64,000 nt of DNA from a virus (Duplodnaviria; Caudoviricetes). Both the position numbers and the translations under genes were made by a program. Under the pieces are notes generated by a model. It worked only from the letters and a program-made list of their open reading frames with translations. It was not told where the DNA came from and did no database searches. Below, piece by piece: positions 28,554-35,750 of this stretch (the first letter of the stretch is position 1; the number at the start of each line of letters is the position of its first letter). Location: IMG/VR virus record IMGVR_UViG_3300024046_000005, positions 3,842 to 67,841 of that record. One strand, 5' to 3'.

Positions 28554-28901
28554 TCAGGCCATGCCTATGCGGGCGCGCTCTCCAGCCTCACGGGCCGTCT
28601 TCTCTGCATGGCAAGCGATGCAGCGGCATCGACGGTTTGAATCGTCGTCCAGCCCACCAGCCCACAGCGGCACCTCATGATCCAGCTCGAAAGCCTGCTC
28701 CGTGCCTGGCGTGATGTCCACCAGCGCGCCGCAGTCAACGCAGTGGGCGCCGTCGCGGAGCCACACGCGGCGGCGTGTCTCCATTAGTGCGCGGCCTCTC
28801 TCGCGTGTTGTTGATCCATCGCGGGGGATGGGTTGTGCTGGCTGGATGCGGGCGGCGGGCAGCGACTGGATGCGGGGCTTGAGGGTTTGCAGGCGGGGCA
28901 T
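28554..28901 (-). CDS. HNH endonuclease (HK97 gp74-like terminase accessory)
   Basis: CVDC...ELDHEVPLWAGGLDDDSN...CIACHAEKT; next to terS. Confidence 0.85.
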   Translation of the reverse strand: MPRLQTLKPRIQSLPAARIQPAQPIPRDGSTTRERGRALMETRRRVWLRDGAHCVDCGALVDITPGTEQAFELDHEVPLWAGGLDDDSNRRCRCIACHAEKTAREAGERARIGMA

Positions 28902-29143
28902 CAGTTCGCCCGCCCGTAGCAATGGAAAAGGCATGGCCTGGGTTCGGCGCCCTGAATTGCATAGATCGACCTGAACCGAATGCGCTCACCTGCAATGCGC
29001 CCTTGTGCATCGAGCTTGGGCGGGTTGTCGCACACCTTAATCCAGCCGGCGCGCGTGTTGATCTCTAGCACCCAGTCAATGCGCTGGCGTGAGTCAACGT
29101 CATAGACCAGCGCACCCAAGGCGTTTGCATGGTTGTAAAGCAT
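28901..29143 (-). CDS. Hypothetical phage protein
   Basis: 80-aa ORF at the start of the late operon. Confidence 0.55.
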   Translation of the reverse strand: MLYNHANALGALVYDVDSRQRIDWVLEINTRAGWIKVCDNPPKLDAQGRIAGERIRFRSIYAIQGAEPRPCLFHCYGRAN

Positions 29144-29349
29144 TGGCTATCCAATCAGCACCCCTTCGGGCTCCCACGCGGGAGGGGTGGGCCGTTGTCT
29201 GTGCGCCAGTCTTGACCGCGACAGCTCGCGGCGGAGATTCCGCGCCCGTCAAACCACTCGGGGCGAGGCCAGTGCTGGCTACTGGGAAGGCTGGTCGCCC
29301 TTCTGGCTATACGATGGAGTTCTCACACAACCATCGCCAGGAGGGCGCA

Positions 29350-29742
29350 ATGAAAATCGAAGTCAAGGATGGGAAAGTCGCGCTGCAAATCAACGGCGAG
29401 TTCAACTCAGAGGAACTCCGTCAGCTTCTTCATCAAATTGGCGATGCCCGATCCACGATTGCTGATGACCCGCAAACTCTTGCTGCTGGCAACGTTGAGG
29501 TGAAGGCCGTGGCGTTTCCACCCTATTGGACGGAGCACAGCGAGAACACCAAGAACCAAACGCTGTTTGCGTTCAGGCACCCTGCCTTTGGTTGGCTCGG
29601 CTTTCTCTTGTCTCCCGTAGAGGTTGCTCGATTGATCGGCTACTTCGGCAACCAGTTGGTGCGCGGGGCCACCATTGCAGAGGCTGGGGCAGCCACCGAT
29701 GTGCAGCCGGATCAGATCAGAGGCGGCGGCTTGCTGCACTGA
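29350..29742 (+). CDS. Hypothetical moron protein (opposite strand)
   Basis: RBS GGAGG, start MKIEVKDG, 130 aa. Confidence 0.65.
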   Translation: MKIEVKDGKVALQINGEFNSEELRQLLHQIGDARSTIADDPQTLAAGNVEVKAVAFPPYWTEHSENTKNQTLFAFRHPAFGWLGFLLSPVEVARLIGYFGNQLVRGATIAEAGAATDVQPDQIRGGGLLH

Positions 29743-29833
29743 ATGCATCGCAGTCTCCAATAGGTTGCCACCACCGAGGGCATGGCGTCCCTGGCGGTTT
29801 GAGGCGTGGTGGATGCGCCCTGGTGGTGGCGGA

Positions 29834-29870
29834 AACGAAAAAGCCCCGGCGCATCACTGCATCGGGGCTT
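29834..29870 (-). terminator. Intrinsic terminator downstream of the late promoter (tR'-like)
   Basis: AAGCCCCG/CGGGGCTT stem with T-tract on the minus strand. Confidence 0.65.
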
Positions 29871-30004
29871 CAAAAATTTTGGGCGAGTTCTGCCGTCGCT
29901 AATCTACCCCATGACTGTTAAACCGGCCTGGTGACCAGCGCTGGGGGCGTTCGGCAGAGATTCGCGGGCGACAGCCTTAGCAGGCTGTGCATTCGACGAG
30001 TGCA

Positions 30005-30032
30005 ATTGTATCTCGACCGCCACAAAACGCAA
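30005..30032 (-). promoter_or_regulatory. Putative late promoter (pR'-like)
   Basis: TTGCGT-N16-TACAAT on the minus strand, ~135 bp upstream of a terminator and the late genes. Confidence 0.55.
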
Positions 30033-30076
30033 TAATAGGTGTTTCTACCTATGAAAAGAACTTGCCGAGGAGTCAC

Positions 30077-30613
30077 ATGATGCAAGTTTCTGAATTCGCC
30101 CTCTCAACCCCTGAGCACGGAGTGCTGAGCCGTGAGTCGTCCCGCGCAGCCGCCGAAACAGCGGCTGCGCGGTACACACCGCCGCTGCAGGGCTACACCA
30201 TCACCGAGGAGCTGCGCCCCGCCGCTGCGCGCGGCTTGTGCGTGGCCGTCGGCGGCCTGCACCGCACTTGGGAGCTCGTAGCTTGCGACGCAGACCCTGC
30301 ATGCGGCCTCTACCCCGTCACCGAGCGCGCAGCTTTAGCCTTGGGCATCGGTGGGCATGTCGGTATCTTGCGCGCCCCCGGAATCGTGACGCTCAAAAGC
30401 GAGCTGCAGGATCAGCCCGAGATCGAGGAGCAGGCCACAATCAACACAACGCACAACCAGCCATGGAGCGCTGGCCGGCTTGCCGCCCGCGCTGTCGCGG
30501 CTGCAGCCCTAGGGGTGAGCGAAGCCCCGGCATGGGAGTCGCAAGAGTACGGCCCCGCCCTGCGGCGACTGCTATACGAGCGCTATGAGCGCCGCGCATA
30601 CACAGCATATTGA
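30077..30613 (+). CDS. Hypothetical protein; candidate anti-defence gene (aca2-like operon)
   Basis: RBS GAGGAG; 178 aa; two genes upstream of the aca2-like gene. Confidence 0.65.
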   Translation: MMQVSEFALSTPEHGVLSRESSRAAAETAAARYTPPLQGYTITEELRPAAARGLCVAVGGLHRTWELVACDADPACGLYPVTERAALALGIGGHVGILRAPGIVTLKSELQDQPEIEEQATINTTHNQPWSAGRLAARAVAAAALGVSEAPAWESQEYGPALRRLLYERYERRAYTAY

Positions 30614-30644
30614 GCGATTCACGGACTGGATGGAGGCGCAACAA

Positions 30645-30959
30645 ATGCAGCAGATCGCCCACATCACTATCCCGGACGGATTGACCTTTGCCGACCTACG
30701 CCTGGCCCGCGATCCCGCGACCGGCGATGTGTCATTTGACACGACTATCGTTGAGCGCATTGAGCAAGCAAGCGGCCTGCCCAAGGGCTTTTTCATGAGC
30801 CAGCCCGAGGATGCGCTGGCCGCCGTCGTCACCGAGTGGTACGTGCACCACCTGGCTGCGGGCGGCGAGCGCGATCCCGTCGCCGATGACCTGATCGCCG
30901 AGGTGCGCGCTGAGGACGCGGCAGGCCAGCACCATAGCCACAAGCCGGGGCGAGCATGA
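30645..30959 (+). CDS. Small acidic protein; candidate anti-CRISPR
   Basis: RBS GGAGG; 104 aa with 17 D/E vs 8 K/R; stop overlaps the aca2-like ATG. Confidence 0.65.
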   Translation: MQQIAHITIPDGLTFADLRLARDPATGDVSFDTTIVERIEQASGLPKGFFMSQPEDALAAVVTEWYVHHLAAGGERDPVADDLIAEVRAEDAAGQHHSHKPGRA

Positions 30960-31426
30960 CCCCCGCCGAACTCAAAACCATCCGGGAGGCTGTCGGCCTT
31001 TCGGTGCCTGACCTCGCCGCGCTGGCTGGCGTCCAAGAGCGCACCGTGCGATATTGGGAGAGCGGGCGCACCGCCGTGCCCGACGATGTGCAGGCGCTGG
31101 TGCTGCGCCTTGACGATCTGCTGGCGCAGCAGGCACAGCACGCCGTGGCCGTGGTGCGCGAGCAGGCCCAGGCCATGGGCAGCATGCCCGAGTCCATCAC
31201 GCTTCTTCGCTACCGGGAGACAGATGATCTATGGCACTACCGTCCAGACTTCCGCCCGCTTCCCGTCACAACACACGCAGCCCTGCTGGCTCGATGCCGC
31301 GCAGCGCTGGCTGATCTGCATGTGCAGACCCGCATCGTGTACATGGAGCCGCAGCAGTATCAGCAGTGGCTAGCAGGGCGGGCCGACAGCGAGGCCATGC
31401 GCGCTGCGTGGGCGGCAGAGCAGTAG
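30956..31426 (+). CDS. aca2: Aca2/YdiL-like (DUF1870) HTH repressor
   Basis: MTPAELKTIREAVGLS...YWESGRTAVPDDV...LLRYRETDDL matches the remembered Aca2 pattern MTNKELQAIR...YWESGRSAVPDDV. Confidence 0.75.
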   Translation: MTPAELKTIREAVGLSVPDLAALAGVQERTVRYWESGRTAVPDDVQALVLRLDDLLAQQAQHAVAVVREQAQAMGSMPESITLLRYRETDDLWHYRPDFRPLPVTTHAALLARCRAALADLHVQTRIVYMEPQQYQQWLAGRADSEAMRAAWAAEQ

Positions 31427-31456
31427 CCAGGCGTACAGCCACAAGCCGGGCCGCGC

Positions 31457-32170
31457 ATGACGCCTACATCCACGGCCCACGGCGACAACGTGCCTTGGGC
31501 CGGCAATCCAGGCCGCCCGGTGCCGCACTGCTGGCTGAATCCCGACCCGCAGTCCGACGAATACCGCGATGCCGTGGCCGCGTGCTACTGGGCGCCCGGC
31601 AACCATCCGCGCAGCAAGACCGCCGTAAAGGCCTGGTACCGGCGCAACGGCGGCGCCGGCCTGGCCCTGGGCGCCGCAGTGGCCGGCGCTGGCGCCTGGT
31701 GGGTACAAGGCCAGCGCTACGGGCTGCAGGTCGAGCAGCTCAAGCACCAGCACACCAGCGCCGAGCTGGCCGGCGCGCGCAAGGCCGCGCGCGACATGGC
31801 GCAATTCCAGAAAGGACTGACCGATGCATTCCACAACTTCCAGGCCACCAGCCAGCGAAACGCCGCTGCGCAGCAAAACCTTGACCGCAGCCTGCGCGAC
31901 CTGCGCGGCACTACTGCAAGCCTGCGCGGCGACTTCGCAGCCCTGCCCGAGCGCATCGCCGGCGCTGCCCAGCCCGCCCTCGCTCAGTACGCCAGCACCT
32001 GCACAGCCGTACTCGCAGAGCTGGCGGATCGAGGTACAAGACTGGCAGAACGCGGTGCAGCAATCGCGCACGCGGCTGATGGCCACGCCGCTGACGCCGC
32101 GCTGATGCGCGACGCCTGGCCGCGCGCGGCGGCTACGCCCGAGGATGGGGCGCTGTCGCGCATTGATTAG
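31457..32170 (+). CDS. Chimeric ORF: fragment of a 1316-2062 homolog fused to an Rz-like inner-membrane spanin
   Basis: First ~70 aa match 1316-2062; then TM LALGAAVAGAGAWWV, coiled coil, and C-terminal ADGHAADAALMRDAWP. Confidence 0.7.
   Translation: MTPTSTAHGDNVPWAGNPGRPVPHCWLNPDPQSDEYRDAVAACYWAPGNHPRSKTAVKAWYRRNGGAGLALGAAVAGAGAWWVQGQRYGLQVEQLKHQHTSAELAGARKAARDMAQFQKGLTDAFHNFQATSQRNAAAQQNLDRSLRDLRGTTASLRGDFAALPERIAGAAQPALAQYASTCTAVLAELADRGTRLAERGAAIAHAADGHAADAALMRDAWPRAAATPEDGALSRID
31472..31666 (+). repeat. 195-bp inverted repeat, copy 2 (partner 1637-1831)
   Basis: 183/195 identical; 8 synonymous and 2 conservative codon changes. Confidence 0.9.
31824..32105 (+). CDS. Rz1-like outer-membrane spanin embedded in Rz (+1 frame)
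   Basis: Lipobox LQA-C, then Pro-rich linker PCPSASPALPSPPSLSTPAP; fully nested in the Rz-like ORF; start uncertain. Confidence 0.72.
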   Translation: MHSTTSRPPASETPLRSKTLTAACATCAALLQACAATSQPCPSASPALPSPPSLSTPAPAQPYSQSWRIEVQDWQNAVQQSRTRLMATPLTPR

Positions 32171-32190
32171 GGTTTGTCCTGATAAATTAC

Positions 32191-32220
32191 TTGCCAAAAT
32201 ACACGCAATGCGTATATAAT
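32191..32220 (+). promoter_or_regulatory. Strong sigma70 promoter with palindromic operator
   Basis: TTGCCA-N18-TATAAT; operator ATACACGC-AAT-GCGTATAT at 32199-32217. Confidence 0.78.
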
Positions 32221-32285
32221 CAATGCCATGGTGATCGAGATTGATCGCCACCGGCGCCTCCCGGAATGAGGGGTAGGAGAGAAAA

Positions 32286-32474
32286 ATGTACGCAGTCACC
32301 AACGCATTCGAAATCCGCGAATCCCTCAAGGCCATGGGCGCCAAGTGGGACGGCCAGCGCAAGGCCTGGATCATCACCCAAGCCATGCTCGACAAGTGCA
32401 TGGCTCGCACTCAAGCCTATGGGATGGCATGGTGCAAGGGCTGCTGGGCCAAGGCTCAAGTGGAGGCGATCTGA
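32286..32474 (+). CDS. 62-aa hypothetical; candidate anti-defence protein
   Basis: RBS AGGAG; first gene after the strong promoter. Confidence 0.7.
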   Translation: MYAVTNAFEIRESLKAMGAKWDGQRKAWIITQAMLDKCMARTQAYGMAWCKGCWAKAQVEAI

Positions 32475-32647
32475 TGACCATCGCCCAAATCCGCGCCGCC
32501 TTGATCGTCAAATTCGGCGCCCGCATGTACCGCATCACGCGCGACGGGGAAATCCACGTCCATGGCGTGATGCCAAACACCCAAATAGTCGGCTGGTATC
32601 TGTATGGGTACGTTGGCGACGCAGAAACAGAGGCTCGCCTGCAATGA
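32474..32647 (+). CDS. 57-aa hypothetical; candidate anti-defence protein
   Basis: TGATG coupling; MTIAQIRAALIVKFGARMYRITRDGEIHVHG. Confidence 0.65.
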   Translation: MTIAQIRAALIVKFGARMYRITRDGEIHVHGVMPNTQIVGWYLYGYVGDAETEARLQ

Positions 32648-32868
32648 CCAACCGCGCCCGACTCACGGTCACGCTCGGCGGACCCTGGCGCCTCTACCAG
32701 CACCAGCCGCCACCCGGATGGCAGATGCTGGGCACCGTGCAGCTCGGCATGGAGATAGGCGCGCTGGGCCGCTCGCCTGTTGGCGTGCTTGCAATGCTCA
32801 ACGCGGGCGCGGTGCGCTCGCTCGATCAGCGCAAGGCACGCGCGGCGCTGGAGGCTGCGGCGTCATGA
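32644..32868 (+). CDS. 74-aa hypothetical; candidate anti-defence protein
   Basis: ATGA coupling at both ends; MTNRARLTVTLGGPWRLYQH. Confidence 0.65.
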   Translation: MTNRARLTVTLGGPWRLYQHQPPPGWQMLGTVQLGMEIGALGRSPVGVLAMLNAGAVRSLDQRKARAALEAAAS

Positions 32869-33047
32869 CAAGCCCCACCCCCGATGCTATCCGCGCCGCC
32901 CGCGCCGCTACCGGCCTGACGCAAACCCAGGCGGCCGCGCTGATCTACTGCACCCTGCGCGGCTGGCAGGACTGGGAAGCTGGCAAGCGGGCCATGCACC
33001 CGGCTTTTTTTGAGCTTTTTTTGCTCAAGACGCAAAAAAGTGCTTGA
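32865..33047 (+). CDS. 60-aa XRE HTH, Aca-like operon repressor
   Basis: PDAIRAARAATGLTQTQAAALIYCTLRGWQDWEAGKRAMHPAFFELF; last gene of a small-gene operon. Confidence 0.8.
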   Translation: MTSPTPDAIRAARAATGLTQTQAAALIYCTLRGWQDWEAGKRAMHPAFFELFLLKTQKSA

Positions 33048-33072
33048 CGAATGCACGCGATGCGTGCATAAT
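33044..33072 (+). promoter_or_regulatory. Strong sigma70 promoter with palindromic operator
   Basis: TTGACG-N17-CATAAT; operator ATGCACGC-GAT-GCGTGCAT at 33051-33069. Confidence 0.8.
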
Positions 33073-33138
33073 ACAGTCATGGGTTCAGGAAAGAACCCAC
33101 CGCCCCGGCGGCTTCCGGGTCTCAAGCCGGAGAACATC

Positions 33139-33324
33139 ATGTCCACCACCTACCGCGCCGCATACTGGGTCGCTGCTGATTGCTCGGGCGACGTGCGCCT
33201 GACCACCGAAGACCAAGCCCATCTGTCTGACGCTGAGCTGATGGCTGCCGCCTTGGCGGAAGCCAAAGCCAACGGCCTGGAAATCGGCGACGGCGAAGTG
33301 CTCATCGGCGACTACACAGAATGA
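33139..33324 (+). CDS. 61-aa strongly acidic protein; candidate anti-CRISPR
   Basis: RBS GGAG; 12 D/E vs 3 K/R; first gene after the operator-controlled promoter. Confidence 0.7.
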   Translation: MSTTYRAAYWVAADCSGDVRLTTEDQAHLSDAELMAAALAEAKANGLEIGDGEVLIGDYTE

Positions 33325-33590
33325 CCTTTCGCGTCTACCTGCGCTCACCCGATCAGCGGGTGAGTGACAAAACCACCACGGGCAGCCCCGATGCCGCCCG
33401 CGCGGCCTTTGCCGACCTGGTGGCCCGCGTTGACCTGGACGGGCAGCGCCTGCTGGCCGTGCTCAACGCCGATGGCCGGCCCATCGCGCACCACGATTTC
33501 AGCAAGCCGGCGCCGCCCGCGCCTGGCAGCGACCCCGCACACTGGTGGCGTGGCCGTATCCAGGCCATAGACCTGGACCGCGCCGGCTGA
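33321..33590 (+). CDS. 89-aa hypothetical protein
   Basis: ATGA coupling with the upstream gene. Confidence 0.65.
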   Translation: MTFRVYLRSPDQRVSDKTTTGSPDAARAAFADLVARVDLDGQRLLAVLNADGRPIAHHDFSKPAPPAPGSDPAHWWRGRIQAIDLDRAG

Positions 33591-33591
33591 C

Positions 33592-34515
33592 ATGGCCCGC
33601 CCATCGCGCTTTGACCCAGCGCACGATCAACTGATCGGTACCGACAGCGACCAGGCCATTGCCGACCGCCTGGGCGTCACGCGCAGCACTGTCGCCGCGC
33701 GCCGGGTGCAGCTCGGCGTTGCCGCTGCGCGCGCACGCCGAATCTGGACGTCACAAGAGGACGCGCTGCTCGGGCGCGACACCGATGCCAGCATCGCGCA
33801 CAAATTGGGCCGATCCCACGCATCCGTCACACAGCGGCGCATCGCGCTGGGCGTGCCGCCAGTCTCTCTTGAGCAGCGTCGTGCATTGCGCATGCGCACA
33901 CGCGCCGACGTGCTGGCCTACCTTGCCGGCGACATCATCACCTGCCTGATCTGTGGCAGGCCGTGCAAATCCGTGGGGCACCACGTGCGCCAGGCCCACG
34001 GCATCAGTGCACGTGAATACAAGCAGCAATTCGGCCTGCCGCTGTCGCGCGGCATCGAGGCCGAGTCAGTGCGCCAGGCGCGCTCTGATGCCATGCGCGC
34101 CACCCGTGCCGCCGGCCGAATGCCGCAGACACCGCCGCCAGTGGACGCGCAGCGCCGCGGAAAATCACCGTACAAAATGGCGCGCGTCACCGCTGCAGAT
34201 GTGGGCCGGGTCATGCATCGTCTGCAGGCCGGCGAAACGCTGACCGAAGCGTGCGCTTATCCAGGCATGCCTAGCTGGTCTGCCGTGCACAGCGCCTTGC
34301 ATGCCGACGAGGGTCTACAAGCGAGATTTGATGCGCTCGTAGAGAGCCTGCCATTTGCGCAGCAGGCCCGCATGAAGAAGCTTGGCGCACGCTTTGCTGC
34401 TGCCTGCGATGCTCTCTCCGATCTGACGTGCAAGGCAGCAGCGCAGCAGCTCGGTGTGAGCGATGATGTCGTCAGGCGGCACAGGGTGCGGGAAAAGAGC
34501 CTGGATGGCGCATAA
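33592..34515 (+). CDS. Multi-HTH protein with a Ros/MucR-like zinc finger
   Basis: Two ~40-aa HTH repeats (IADRLGVTRSTVAARRVQLGV / IAHKLGRSHASVTQRRIALGV); ITCLICGRPCKSVGHHVRQAHGISAREYKQQFGLP; C-terminal HTH. Confidence 0.7.
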   Translation: MARPSRFDPAHDQLIGTDSDQAIADRLGVTRSTVAARRVQLGVAAARARRIWTSQEDALLGRDTDASIAHKLGRSHASVTQRRIALGVPPVSLEQRRALRMRTRADVLAYLAGDIITCLICGRPCKSVGHHVRQAHGISAREYKQQFGLPLSRGIEAESVRQARSDAMRATRAAGRMPQTPPPVDAQRRGKSPYKMARVTAADVGRVMHRLQAGETLTEACAYPGMPSWSAVHSALHADEGLQARFDALVESLPFAQQARMKKLGARFAAACDALSDLTCKAAAQQLGVSDDVVRRHRVREKSLDGA

Positions 34516-34701
34516 CTGCTGATTGGCCACAAACCACCCCTGTAGTGGGAACACCCAGGCGCTAAACAGGGGGTGTAGCGGCATCGCGCCAGAACTGCAA
34601 ACATAGGGAGTCGTGGGATTTTTTGGGAAACCAAATACCCCCTGTGGCGGCATCGCACCGGATCTCCAAGCCACCCCTGTGAGGGAATCTAGCGCGATGT
34701 T

Positions 34702-35259
34702 TCAGCGCCCAGAAATATCCCGCAAACTGCGATGCATCTGGCCTCGCGCGCGCTGCAGGCAATCATCGAGGTAGTTCGCCGCCCGCTTCCCGATTTCTCT
34801 CTGCGGCACTCGTGCCTCGCCCGATCCGCCGCACCGGCTGCATTGCTTGGCCGACAGCCGCGCAGTTCCTGGAACCACGTCAAATTTTCGGCCTTCGCAT
34901 TTTGCGCAAACGCGATGCAGCCACCATGCGATGATGGTCAGCGCTGCTTCCGTCGGGTGTTCGTGCCCCCACTCGTGCAGCTTGATCGCGAGCTGCGCCT
35001 TGACGCTGGGAAGTGTCTTGAGTTGACCCATGAGCAGGATGGCATCGGTGGCAGACATCCCCTGTATCCGCATGGGCCTGCCGTATTCGCTGGCGAGGCG
35101 AAGCAGAGCACTACCCAAGCGCGCGGGCGACCATGCAGCGGCGGTGCACACGTCCACGTCGGACACTGGCGCATGGTCGCGTGTATCCATGCGCAGATTG
35201 TCGGACAAGATTGCAGTCGTATAGCGTTCGTCGGTGCGGATGGGGTTGTCTTGGATCAT
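34702..35259 (-). CDS. Q-like late antiterminator
   Basis: Last gene of the PR operon after ninG; CAKCEG...CSRCGGSG zinc motif. Confidence 0.65.
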   Translation of the reverse strand: MIQDNPIRTDERYTTAILSDNLRMDTRDHAPVSDVDVCTAAAWSPARLGSALLRLASEYGRPMRIQGMSATDAILLMGQLKTLPSVKAQLAIKLHEWGHEHPTEAALTIIAWWLHRVCAKCEGRKFDVVPGTARLSAKQCSRCGGSGEARVPQREIGKRAANYLDDCLQRARGQMHRSLRDISGR

Positions 35260-35750
35260 GCCAGTCCTTTCAGGAACTCGCGGAACTGTCGCGCCGTGTT
35301 GACTGTCTCGGCATCCTTGGCCCGTTCTTCCTCGATGGTCAGGGCGGCGTTTTCGATCTCATCGGCCATGGCGCGCATCTTCTTGGCGATGCCGGACAAC
35401 AGGTCGATGGCGGATGCTGGCTTGTCGTTCTTCACGATGGTGGTTTTGGGTTCAACGGACACAGAGGACTCCTTCGGCTTGGCGGATTCGGTGGCGCCGG
35501 CAGCGGGCTGGGCGGATACGGTGACGCGGCGGTAGGTGCCGCTGTTGTTGGTCTTAACGATCCCAGCATCAACCAGGCAATTCAGACAGCCACGCAAGAC
35601 ATGCATGTCCACGTTGCTGCGCGTGTCGCGGTGCAGAGCTTGAGCAATTTGCAAGGGCGTCCAAAGCTCGTTAATGGGTACAAACTGGAATACCTTCTGC
35701 GCGATGCTGCTCTGGCCTGCCAGCTTCTGTTTCTGCTTTTCGGGGGTCAC
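35256..35750 (-). CDS. Hypothetical wHTH/coiled-coil protein
   Basis: ORF coupled to ninG (probable GTG start). Confidence 0.6.
   Translation of the reverse strand: MTPEKQKQKLAGQSSIAQKVFQFVPINELWTPLQIAQALHRDTRSNVDMHVLRGCLNCLVDAGIVKTNNSGTYRRVTVSAQPAAGATESAKPKESSVSVEPKTTIVKNDKPASAIDLLSGIAKKMRAMADEIENAALTIEEERAKDAETVNTARQFREFLKGLA

Noticed and set aside
1637-31666. 195-bp inverted repeats as ends of a programmed invertible segment
   Set aside because: No invertase or recombinase in the window; the 12 differences are mostly synonymous, indicating homologs from different phages. RecA-mediated inversion cannot be excluded.
30035-34700. Solitary CRISPR repeat (RNA anti-CRISPR) in the island
   Set aside because: The UTR hairpins do not match the I-C, I-E or I-F repeat consensus sequences I know; a database comparison is still advisable.
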